From assembly GCF_009914755.1 (NCBI RefSeq), contig NC_060927.1: a stretch of DNA of 64,000 nt. The stretch is one strand, 5' to 3'. The position numbers and the translations under genes were made by a program. The notes beneath the pieces are model-generated. The model was not told where the DNA came from. It was given only the letters and a program-made list of their open reading frames with translations, and searched no databases. How positions within the stretch are numbered: position 1 is the first letter of the stretch; each line of letters opens with the position of its first letter. Of this stretch, positions 1 to 11,289 are shown piece after piece. This DNA is from the human T2T-CHM13v2.0 reference genome, Homo sapiens.

Positions 1-681
1 ATCTCCATTTGTTTACAGGAGCCCATTTCAGTCATGGCTTTTCCCAACACCACTCTCAGCCTGTAGAGGATGGCCCTTTAAGAGTTTTTCCAAAGACAGC
101 AGTGTTCCCCCTCACCAATGCCTTGCTCCATGCCTCAGTGGAAAGAATGCTATCCAGGCTCTCCTAACAAAGTGAGGAAGGGGGTCATGTGTGATAAACT
201 TTATCCAACATTTCTCTCTTGCAAAGGCTTCAGGTTCATTCCTCTACATTTTACATAGGAAAGCCTGGCTTCTCAACTTTATTTAACCTAATCCACAGTT
301 GAATCCAGGTTTAAGTCCACCAAATGAGTAATTATTTGAATTGATATCATTTGTTTCTGATAAAACTTTGAATCTAATTTTGATAAATTCAGGCCAATCC
401 AATACTGTGTTATTTACTTTTTGGTCCAATACCCTTAGAATCTATTGGTAAAATCTTCTTTCAATGAATATGCTGTCTCCTCCAAGTTTAGACTGTGTTA
501 TCTTATACCTGGAGTCTGTTGAGATCCTATACTAGTTTGGGCCTGGAGGCAATGAGGGATGGTGGGAGTGAGCCTTGAGGATAATTTGTTTCTCCTAATT
601 GCTTTGGGTAATTTTATTGTAGTGTTTTTAAGAATGAGGAGACAAACCGCCTGCTAGATGGAAGAAGGGACTCATTTTTCT

Positions 682-1198
682 TTTTCTTTTTCTTTTTTTT
701 CCAATTTTCTTTTTATTTTATTATTATTGTACTTTAAGTTTTAGGGTACATGTGCACAATGTGCAGGTTAGTTACATATGTATACATGTGCCATGCTGGT
801 GTGCTGCACCCATTAACTCGTCATTTAGCATTAGGTATATCTCCTAAAGCTATCCGTCCCCCCTCCCCCCATCCCACAACAGTCCCCAGAGTGTGTTGTT
901 CTCCTTCCTGTGTCCATGTGTTCTCATTGTTCAATTCCCACCTGTGAGTGAGAATATGTGGTGTTTCGTTTTTTGTTCTTGTGATAGTTAAAGGACTATA
1001 AATCATGCTGCTATAAAGACACATGCACACGTATGTTTATTGCAGCACTATTCACAATAGCAAAGACTTGGAACCAACCCAAATGTCCAACAATGATAGA
1101 CTGGATTAAGAAAATGTGGCAAATATATACCATGGAATACTATGCAGCCATAAAAAAGGATGAGTTCATGTCCTTTGTAGGGACATGGATGAAATTGG
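682..1198 (-). mobile_element. 5'-truncated, 5'-inverted L1PA (young, about L1PA2-PA4) insertion
   Basis: 682-989 is poly-T plus the L1 3'UTR in antisense (tactttaagttttagggtacatgtgcacaatgtgcagg...). 990-1198 is the L1 ORF2 C-terminus in the opposite orientation (MFIAALFTIAKTWNQPKCP...). Flanking TSD ggg(a/c)ctcatttttct at 667-681 and 1197-1211. Confidence 0.95.
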
Positions 1199-1639
1199 GC
1201 CTCATTTTTCTAACAAAGGAGTTCAGAATTATTTGGTGTTCAAGGTCCAAGTATTCAGCAGAATCCATCCAAATGTCTGACTCTAATCCTAGGAATCACA
1301 TGCCTTCATTATTCTCCCCAGGGCACCAAGAAGCATCCATCCCAAAGTCCTACAATTAATCAATTCCTCCATAATATTCTATTACAATAGCCACTTTGTC
1401 TCCCAAAGCTTTATGTCAAATAGACACTTAATTGTGGGCAAATTTAAATGAAACTTTGACTAAATTTTATCACTACATGCCATAGATTACCAGTATTCCA
1501 ATTTTTCCTGGTGATGAAGTCATTTCCACTTTTAAGTCTAACTAAGTCAAATAACCAATTCTGTATAACATATTTAAGGCTGTATTTCCTGGAATCTACA
1601 CTGATACTAAAAACCTTATTAACGAGAGCTTGGTCAATA

Positions 1640-2035
1640 TGATGATTAATTAAGGTATTTGGGGATTATATTAACACTTAAATTAGTGAATTCTGAGAGG
1701 CAGATTGCCCTCTATAATGTGAGTGGGCCTCATCTATATTATGTTAAAGTTCTGACTAGAACCAAAAGACTATCCTGCCCAAACTAGAGGCCTACCAGCA
1801 AACTGCCTTCAGACTTTACCTGCACCATCAGCTCTCCTAGGTCTCCAGGCCACCGGCCTGTAGAAAGGAACTACACCACCAACTTTTAGGCGTCTCCAGC
1901 CTATCAGATTTTGGACTCACCAGCCTCCGTAATTGCATGAGCTTTTTATAATAAAACCTTTTTTTATTGCATACACACACACACACAAACACATATCCTA
2001 TGTGTTTTGTTTTTGTGGAGAACCCTGAATAACAC
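1640..2035 (+). mobile_element. MLT2-family (ERVL) solo LTR remnant
   Basis: MLT2 motifs gcagattgccctctataatgtgagtgggcctcatct, cagattttggactcaccagcctcc and a 3' end ggagaaccctgaataaca. Confidence 0.8.
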
Positions 2036-2039
2036 AGTC

Positions 2040-2440
2040 AAAAAATCAGAAGCTACTCTAGATATTTCAAGCAGGAAGAGATTTAATATAAAGAGTTAGA
2101 AATTTACACAACTGCTCTAAAAGTTTGCAGTTTCAAAGGTCAAGGAGACTGCTGCTGGCTCTCAGAAAATCTAGAAATACAAGAATCACAGGGAAGTCAC
2201 TGCTAATGATCTCAGCTGCCTGCAGCAGTGAAGAAGGTGATTCTCAGGAGAATGTGCAGAAGCCACTGGCATGGCCCTATGCCTGCCCTTTGGTATAGCC
2301 TATACACCTGCCCATAGCTGCCTCAGAAACTCATGCTATTTTTTTCTTTTAGGCATCCAAGTCCTATATAAGTAGATATCATTAGCCAAATCAGACACAC
2401 AATCTGCTGAGAAGAGAATATGGGAAATGTAATTGTAAAA
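2040..2440 (-). mobile_element. Old LTR (MaLR/ERVL-like) remnant
   Basis: cagaagctactctagatatttcaagcaggaagagatttaatata resembles the antisense 3' ends of ancient LTRs; subfamily not assignable by eye. Confidence 0.4.
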
Positions 2441-2485
2441 AAAATTGAATCATGGATCAGGGCAGAGGGAGCAAGGGGTTGCTGT

Positions 2486-2897
2486 TGTTAGGAGAAAAGC
2501 TTTTGGCAAATTAAATTTAACAAAGTTTATTTAAGCAAAGAACAATTCATGGATTGGGCAGCACTTAGAGCCAGAAGAAGTTCAGAGAGCTCCACCCTGC
2601 AATGTGGGCAGTGAGTATTTATAGACAGAACATAGAAGTACAGAAATAGCTTGAAAGGTTACAGCTCAGAGTTTGCCTTATTTGGACATGGTCTGATCAA
2701 TTGGCATCCTGTGATTGGCCGAAGCTTAGCTGTTGCTTGTGATTGGCTGAGATGTGGTTGTTTTTTATACTCCATGATTAGGTTTTCAGTTTGTTTATGT
2801 ACCATGTTAGGTTGCTTTTTTCTTTCTTTTTTTTCAGTAGGGCTCAAAGTATGAAGACAGCCTCAGGTCAATGGCCTCTTGCTTATTTAATTTAACA
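2486..2897 (-). mobile_element. MER57-type (ERV1/MER4 group) solo LTR
   Basis: TGTTA...TAACA termini, caaattaaatttaacaaagttt, repeated gattggc (CCAAT) motifs, tttgccttatttggac. 4-bp flanks ctgt/ttgt. Confidence 0.85.
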
Positions 2898-3034
2898 TTG
2901 TGAGTGTTCAGAAGGGGCAAAAATGTTTCTGAATTGACAATAGAAAAAGAGGGCCTATAGCGTGCTTAGTGGACACAGAATGCCTGTGATAAAGCATAGC
3001 CCAGGACAGTTCCTAATCATACATTACAAGAGCA

Positions 3035-3200
3035 CAGAAAGAGCTGAAAGGAACCTTAGCAGTTATGGGACCAGCTCTTCATTTGGTGACAAGGAACTAA
3101 TTAACACAGAGGGAATGAAACCTTCCTAAGGTCATATTGTTAGTCATTGGCATAGTCACAATTTGAACCCATAAACCATTTAAGATTCTTTCCACCACTC
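3035..3200 (-). mobile_element. MIR (MIRc/MIR3-like) fragment
   Basis: Degenerate MIR core: gaaaggaaccttag...cctaaggtcata...atttgaaccc. Confidence 0.6.
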
Positions 3201-6200
3201 AGTGGTTGCAGTTCGAGTTATCTTCTGAAATCTCACCAAAAGTATGTTTTTCACTCCCCGACACCATGCTCCTGGGGTTTCCATCCTTCACCCCAGCAAG
3301 CTGCTCCACTATTTTGGATAACACATCCCTGACTCTGTACATATTAACTAATTGCTCCCTAAAGATTAAAGTGCCCAAAGCACTTTATTTTCAGTGGGAG
3401 GGATCTTGGTTTATTAAAGATTCAGACACCCAAACAGATCTTTTTTCCAGTTTCCCTTCCTTATTTCTTTCTTCTTCTAGCTTTTCCTTTGGGGCCCAGG
3501 TTCTTTGGTCATCAGAAAAGAACATTCTCTCCTCTACAGTAAAACTTACCTTCCATTTCTCTGTACAAACAAATCATGACTGCAGCCACCCTGGACACTG
3601 CCAATAAAATCTGCCTCAGCCAGGCTTTCCTTCTTCTTGGTCCACAACCACCCTAGTCAGCACCGCAAGCCTTCCTCTGAGTCTCAGATCCCTTTTTTGT
3701 TCCCCTCACAAATCTATTCCCACGGCTTTACCATTCAGCTTATTATCTCTGTCCAGATAAACATTAGCATAGCACATTATCGTATCTAAAACCCAACCAT
3801 ACTTCAACCTCTCTAATTTCAGGTTAGGGTGACTTAATCCTTTTGGAGAACGAAAATTTCACAACATTTCTGTCCTTTGGTAATAGGAGTAGGATTGTGA
3901 TTTTGCCAGGCCTATAGGAAGAATAAGGGGGCTATGTGAAGGATTCTGCTTTGCCAAACCTGTACACACTAGCCCTTGGGAGGGTTCAAAGGATCCTAAG
4001 GATCAGCAGACAGATAAGAAGCATTGTAATGGTAAGAGCCTGGTGCTGCAAAACAAGCCTTCTGCAAAAACAGGGCTGAACCATGAGGCTGAGCACTAGG
4101 GCCCAGTGAAGTCTCCTCATGTCTAAAATCTTTGTCCTCACGTCTAAAATCTAAACACTTCTACCTGAAAACATGGATGATCTTGTCTCAATGGCATGTG
4201 TGCAGAGACAGAAAGAGATGGAATGCCCCATGAAAAGGACAAACTCCATTTACCAACTAGCTTCATGGCAGGAAGGAGAAGAGAGAAGAGTGCATAGCTG
4301 CATGGCTTGAGCCCTGCCTACTGCGAGCAGAAGTTTAGAAATCTGACCAGTCTGATTAGGTGTACCTTTTCCATAGGGCTAATGGGGCAGTACCAGGAAG
4401 GAGCTGGAGAAAGAGAATGGTCTAGTAGGGGTAGAGGGGTTGAACAGCTTGCCTCTGTGCACCCAGTGCTCTCTTTTGTTGAAGAAATCATCTTCTCATT
4501 CACAGAGCAAAGGTTAGGATTCTGGGTGGACTGGGTGCCCTGAGTTTGGTCTTTGCTAGACATACCTCCCTTCTCCTTATTACATAAACCATCACATCTT
4601 CTCTCATGCCAGGCGTTGCTGGAATAAGGTGAGTTGGCTGAACCCAGGATGAGTATGGAGTGTCTGCCAAGGCTTGTTCCTGATTTCTTTCCAGAACTTG
4701 TCCATTTCCCAATAGAACAAATACCAAAATAGATAAAATTTCACAACTCTCTAACTGACAGGAAAAGAAAATGTCCTTGTTCAACTTAAAATGGTTTTGC
4801 ATCAGAGGCTCCAGAGAATTCTTGAAGAGATTGGCACTGGCCATGCATAGGCCAGAATGTACGCTTTCCAATTATCTGACATCCTCTTCCAACACATCCA
4901 GGGCACTCTCTGCATCTCATTTGCATCAAATTCATTTTAGTACATTTTTGATTACTGCTTTATTATTCCCTTTTCAATCCCAAACTTTCAATAACAAAGG
5001 TTTATTATCTTAGGTAATTCCCACGCTTATAAGCAACCTTTAAACTCCACTATCCCTTCACCCCCACTGTCCACAAACTACCCTCCTTTCCACCAGCCCT
5101 GACTGCACACACATGAATATTCCTCATTACCTCTCCTATTACTGACATGAAGCATTTCATGTAAAATCCTCAAGACTTGGACAGAAGCTATCAGTCATAG
5201 AAAGGTGATCCTTCAAACTTGCTTAGAAAATATTCCTTTTTCTCATACCCACCATTTCTGATGTCAAGAGAATCAACTGTCTGCTATAACTCTCAGAAAA
5301 ATAGGTCATGGTTTCTTAATGACAATTGCTAGTACGATAGTAAAATGTGTCTTGAGACTTTAGTGATTGAGTCCAAGGTTAAAAAGAAGAAAAAAAGACA
5401 AAGGCAGTTGAGAGAATTGGACATGACAGGAGAGTACAGATAGAACATGGAACAAAACCAAGAAAAAGAAAAATTAGAAAGGGCCACATGACCCCTTCTC
5501 AGCGTCCCTCAAGTTTTAATGTTCTAGAGTCAGCATGTTTACTTGCCTTTACAGGCAGGTAGAAAGTGGCAGGTATAATAATATGTCCCTGGAACTCATA
5601 GCCCTCCCTGTAGGAAAAGATGTCAAGTGACCAAGTTACAGTAAGGCAAGCTGACCCATATCATTTGAATGGCCATTGCCCTTCAAATTCTAATTTCTGA
5701 AATCTCACCAGTTATCCATGACCCTGTGTGGTTCCCATCCCCAAACCATTACTAGGGTTTTGAAGTTTTTTAATAACCTAACTTCCCTGTGCTCATTGAC
5801 CCACATGGAATTTTTTACTCCCCACTGAGAGAGAATTACCAAGTTCACACAGAGAGGTTAACAACCATGGAGAAAGGCTAATGGTTCCTGCTGCATCTTT
5901 CATGCTCAGACTCTAGAACTGAGACTGGAGAGGTGAGCAAATCCTAGACGATGCCAGACAGGTGAAAAATGAGCTGTGAACTCCCCCCTGCTGGAGGAGG
6001 CAAGGCCTCTGGTTAAATCATAATGGCACAGTTGATCACAGTTGATGCGATCTCAGGAGGAGGCTTGCCCCACTAATCCCTCAGGAGACAACTGTCCATG
6101 TATAATGCCTCCACCTCATTAGAGCTTCAGTTCATTTATTAAATATTGAACACATCAGTTGGTTCTCTTTGGTGTGGAGGAGCAGAATCCTTGTTCTTGA

Positions 6201-6519
6201 AGGGGGATGCTGTGTATCCTCCTGAGAAAGTCCAGTTGGCCATGCTAATTGCTAACAGATTTCTCACACACTGTTATTTCTTCATCTGCCCAGGAAGTAC
6301 ATGCTGCACCACAGGAGATGTGGGACAGAACTTGGTTGCTAGGAGTCTTAATGATAGTGGCAATTAATTATTCACACCACTAAAAAGAAAAAAAACTTAA
6401 TGAGCAGCCCAGCAATGGAGCCTACTCTAGGAAGTTGAATAAGATAAGGAAGAAACAAAGAAACCCCTGGTCACTTAGTCCATCCACTGATCTTCAGGTG
6501 AGACCATGCTCTATGGTAG

Positions 6520-6625
6520 AACTAGAAAGGACCTAGTCTAAAACCCTCATTTACAGATAATGGAACACTGAGATTTGAAAGAAGGAACTAACTTGCCCAA
6601 GGCACAAAGAAAGTGAGTGGCCCTG
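6520..6625 (-). mobile_element. MIR fragment
   Basis: ccctcatttacagataatggaacactgag...aacttgcccaaggcaca. Confidence 0.75.
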
Positions 6626-6899
6626 AGCTTTTACTATGTGTTGCATTCTAAGAATTTTGTATGTATATAGTAATTTAATCTTAACAACTCTGCAAACTAG
6701 GCACCTGATAGTAAAATCTGGATGATTACCGGTTTCATCAAAGGTGCCTGTAATCAGGAAATTTACTTCAGAGAAGCTGCCCTTACTTAAATGTCCGTAA
6801 CCTGTTTGACCTTTCCCCAGACATTTGAACCAATGGATGCCCCACCCAAGAGGAACCACCCCAGGGTAAGCCAAAGCACACAGACTTTTTGACCTGTAT

Positions 6900-7107
6900 A
6901 TGGAGTTCTAAAACAATGAGACAGAAAGAGTCCAGTTAGATGAGAGACAAAGGAAGTACCCTCCATGATATGCTAGAACAGTCTAGACTCAGTGTTCTTG
7001 TGGCCTCTGTTTTCTATCATTGAATGCCTGGTATGATCAAGCTCAAAATAAATTTTCTTTTTCTTAGGCTAGTTTCTGCTTCTTGCAATCAAAATTCTCC
7101 TAAGACA
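6900..7107 (+). mobile_element. Old LTR 3' part (MLT1/LTR33-like)
   Basis: aataaattttctttttcttaggctagtttctgcttcttgcaatcaaaattctcctaagaca matches a typical MaLR/LTR33 3' end. Confidence 0.5.
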
Positions 7108-7330
7108 GTGGAATGTTACTCAGCCTTAAGAAGGATAGAAATTCTGACACATGCAACAACATGAAAGAACTTTGAGGACATTATACTAAGTGAATTAAGT
7201 CAGTCATAAAAGGATAAATATTGTATGATTCCACTTACATGAGGTGCCTAGAGTAGTCAAAATCATAGAGTCAGGAAGTAGAATGGTGGTTTCCAGGAGC
7301 TGAGAAGGGGTGGAATGAGTGAGTCAGTGA
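7108..7330 (+). mobile_element. L1MB-type 3' fragment
   Basis: gaaattctgacacatgcaacaacatg...aaatattgtatgattccacttacatgaggtgcctagagtagtcaaaatcatagag. Confidence 0.85.
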
Positions 7331-7334
7331 TTAC

Positions 7335-7503
7335 CAACAGCAACTAATAATAAAACAATTATAACAATATACTGTAATAAAATTTGTGTGAATGTGGTCT
7401 CCCTCTCTCTTTCCTTCTCTCTGCCTCTCTCTTAAAGTATCTGTGCTCACCTATTTTCACATCACAGTTGACTGTGTGTAACTGAAACTACAGAAAGGAA
7501 AAC
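7335..7503 (-). mobile_element. MER44 (Tigger7-derived) DNA transposon fragment
   Basis: aacaattataacaatatactgtaataaaa...gtgaatgtggtctc...ctcacctattttca...gtaactgaaac. Confidence 0.8.
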
Positions 7504-7508
7504 CTGAG

Positions 7509-7871
7509 TATATTAATTCCATTTTCATGCTGCTGATAAAGACATACCCAAGTCTGGGTAATTTATAAAGAAAAAGAGGTTTAGTGGGCTCACAGTTCCA
7601 TGTAGCTGGGGAGGCCTCACAATCATGATGGAAGGCTAAAGGCACATCTTACATGGCGGCAGACAAGAGAGAATGAGAGCCAAGCAAAGGGGGTTTTCCC
7701 TTATAAAACCATCAGATCTCATGAGACTTATTCACTACCACGAGAACAGTATGAGGAAACTGCCCCTGTGATTCAATTGTCTCCCACTGGGGTCTCTCCC
7801 ACAACACATGGGAATTATGGGGGCTACAATTCAAGATGAGATTTGGGTAGGGACACAGCCAAACCGTATCA
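7509..7871 (-). mobile_element. THE1 (THE1B/C) MaLR solo LTR
   Basis: Full-length THE1 antisense (gctgctgataaagacatacccaag...gggacacagccaaaccgtatca). Perfect 5-bp TSD CTGAG at 7504-7508 and 7872-7876. Confidence 0.95.
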
Positions 7872-9689
7872 CTGAGAAAGCAAAGTCTGTGGTCTAGGTG
7901 GTAGAGGACCAATAAAATCCCTAGTTTTCTTGTCTTCAAGGGACCCCAAGCCCAACAAGGAACTTTCAGAATTCTAGCAAGAAAGCCTGATGGGCATCAA
8001 CAATGAGCCTTCTACATACTAGGCAAGTGGATGGTCTTAGGATAGAAATTTGGCAAAAATTTATCTATCTATCTGTCTTTCTGAGGCAATACATGTATAT
8101 TGCTTTAATTTGCCAACTCACATGATTAAAGCCACCACCTCAGCAGTCGGGAAACTCTGATTGCATTTTGATCTTTACCTCAATGTTAAGACCCATAGAT
8201 CAGTGCCATTTTCTTTCTTAATATTCTATTTGCCTACATCAGCCATGAGTGAGGGGTCATGCTCTGTCTTCATGGAGCCAATCAGTGTTAGTGTTTTGGG
8301 AGTCAGTGGACACCAGCAATATTTTGTATCATCAATATAATCAAGTATTTAGCCATATAAAGCAAAATTGAAGCAAAGTTTTCCATTTAAAAATCCATAT
8401 GTTGTTTCAATTGTGAAGAATTAAATTATTCTGTTGTGTTTGTTTTCCAAACCAGAGGCTTAGAATCAGCCTGAAAACTCATCCTGTGATTTAAACGTGT
8501 TCACCACTCAAAGCCAGCCCTTTAGCTTTTCTTAACTCTTGAGTAGAAAAGGTGGAATTCTTTCCCTTCTCACCAGAATAAAGAGCTGATCTGGATGAGA
8601 GGAAGGGATGGTTAAAAGAGCAGAGGACACAGGATGCAAAATGAAGGAAGCACTACTGTAGACTGAGAAAAAGTATCAGAATGGCCACAGGCAGAGCTGC
8701 ATAACAATATAAAATATTAACAGCACAGAGAAAAAATATTGTTTCAATGGAATCATCCCAACTTTTGCCTTACGTTTGAAGACAGAAAAAAATACATATC
8801 CAACTTGTCTGACTTCAGGGTCTGAAGTACCTGGCTCACGGGTTTGTTTCCTCTGAAAACTGTTCAAAGAAATAACCTGATTTCCTGATTTTGTTAACGG
8901 TTGTCAACCAGATAATTCCGTTTAAGCCCCCTGAATATCTAGAAATACTTGATAATCCAGACAATACAAAGAAGAGATAGGGCAGAGAAAGCCAGGAAGA
9001 GGACGGGACAAAATCCGCTTTTCGTAAAATAATATAGGCGACATTGTCAGCATCTTCAACTTCAACAAGAAAAGAATACAGGAATTTGGAAACCTAGGGC
9101 TATTCCCTTCCTGTTCTTTACTCATTCCAAGATGCTATGAGAAATTGGGGCAATTATAAAGATTGTTTAGACCCCTAATGATTGTTTAGGGCATACTCTC
9201 ATGAAAAAAAAGAAATCTGTGCATGGGGAGAAAGAGGAGAGTGTGCACAGAGGTTCTAGAAAGGAGAACAGGTCAAAGTTTAAGGAGATTAACCATGGGA
9301 CATAAATATAGCACTGTCTTTTACATAGAAAATATTTAGTGACTCCCCAGAAACCCCCTCAAAAAACATTTATTTAGCATGGCCTCAGTCCACCCATATC
9401 CCTTCAAAGTCCAGCCAAATCCCCTCATTTTCTTATATGTTTATTTTTATTCATGTAACATGCAGACATCTTATGATTTTATACTACTTTATAATTTACA
9501 AAGCATTTTCCCACTCATTAGGTCTCTTGGTCCTCCAAGTAATCCTATTGGTAGGGACCATTACAGATATGAATACCAAGTTGTCCAAAGACTGAGACTT
9601 TTGCCCAAGATGTGAAATGACCCATCTGGCTTTAATATCTGTCCATATATTAACTTCTCTTCTCTCACAGTGGACTCTGCCATTTTGGC

Positions 9690-10190
9690 TGCCAGAACCC
9701 AATTACCTCTTTTTTAAGTAATCAAATATAATATTTCATCTGGGAAATATTTCATCTAGTCCCTCTTCTTCTCTCAATCCATGTGCTCCAAGTAGAGTTA
9801 ACTCCATCTCTAGTTCATGACTGAGGCCTGCCTACCGAGTGTCACATTCCCTTGGGATATGTGAGTAACCCAATGAGGACTAACGAGATGCTCTTCTACA
9901 TGGTTGGATCTGCTGAAAGAAAGAGGTGATCTTTTTTCTGCTACATTTGAACCTCAGAAGATGGAGTCCTGGTAGTACTAGCAGCCATCATATGGAAGCT
10001 GATATTGAAACCAACTATGAAGGAGAGAAGAGCTGAGGGATGGAGGACAACCAGATCCAGGTGGAATTTTATGAGTCTCTGGATCAAAACACCTATGAAA
10101 AGTGACCCTCTATCTTTTTTCAGTAAACAATATATTTTTTCTTTCTTAAGCTGAATTGGGTTTTCTCTCTCTTATCTTAACTGATGTATC
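9690..10190 (+). mobile_element. MLT1J/K/L-type MaLR LTR remnant
   Basis: agcagccatc, gaagagctgagggatggag, gagtctctggatcaa and cttaagctgaattgggttttct motifs. Confidence 0.65.
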
Positions 10191-10559
10191 ACCCAAAACA
10201 TTTGGTATGTCCCACCCCGAGATAGTCCCAATGACAAAGAAGATGAACTTCTCATACAGAAGATTAGGACACGGAAGGTCACTCAGCCAGAACTCTTAAG
10301 TATTCTATCACCAGGTTCTTAGCTCTTTTCTCTGGCATCATGGTGCCTTCCTCTGTGCCTTTGCTCACGGTATTTTCTTAGCTTTCCTAATATGATCTCT
10401 CTCTTCCTTTCCTGCATAAGTAAATTCACTCAAGCTCTACTCACAAACCTAGGTTTGCCTTTTTCCCTTCTCTGACATCCCAGAGCATTATTATTTACAT
10501 AGCTAATCCTGGGAAGTTATTACACAGACTTTTGTTGTTGTTCTTGTTTATAATTTCGG

Positions 10560-10700
10560 ATACCTTATGTTTCTAAACAGATTCTAAGTAATCTAAGGAT
10601 AAGAACATGCTCTTATACTACATCTATATTTGTCAGAATGCCGTGGACAATGTGTACATAGCAGGCATTATAAATACTCAATTTTTTTATTGAATTGGCA
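10560..10700 (+). mobile_element. L2 3' end fragment
   Basis: acaatgtgtacatagcaggcattataaatactcaa...ttgaattg resembles a degenerate L2 tail. Confidence 0.5.
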
Positions 10701-11104
10701 AAAGGAAGTGTGAAGTGAGTGGGGGATGATACAGCTGCCAGATGGCTAAAAGATAAAATAATAGGGAGATGATGAAGTTAAATCCTTTGGTGTCCCTAAT
10801 ATTGGCTTTGTGATTCAGTGTAAACTTGAGGAATTTTTTTCAAGAAAAGCAGCACATGGTTTAGAGATGGCACTATCTCCCACACTAGAACTGAGGAACC
10901 CATAGAATACAGCAAAGACCTAAGCCCACAGTAGGCCTTCAAAAAATGTTTTATAAAATCTAATCAAAACTTGGGCCCTGATCCAAGTTATTACTCCACA
11001 GAAAATTCCCAGAAGTGTTTCCTTAATGATAATAAGTAATCCAAAATATTCCTTCATGGCTTATTTTTTCATGTTTTATTCATGTGCTAACAAAAAATAA
11101 AATT

Positions 11105-11250
11105 AGTAACAACTATTTAGTCAAATATTTACTATGTGCTAGACATTGCCAGACACAGAGAGATAGTTTGCACATACTATTTTCAGTTCTTATACGAAGC
11201 TGCAAAGTATGTATTATTACTGAAATTTTAAAAATAAAAAGAAGTACCTT
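11105..11250 (-). mobile_element. MIR fragment
   Basis: tatttactatgtgctagacattg...gtattattact. Confidence 0.55.
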
Positions 11251-11289
11251 AAAGAACTTCAGTGGGAGTTTTGTTTGGGAAACCAGAAA

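Noticed and set aside
1033-1359. 108-aa ORF beginning MFIAALFTIAKTWNQPKC
   Set aside because: This is the L1 ORF2 C-terminal remnant in the inverted segment reading through into flanking DNA, not a gene.
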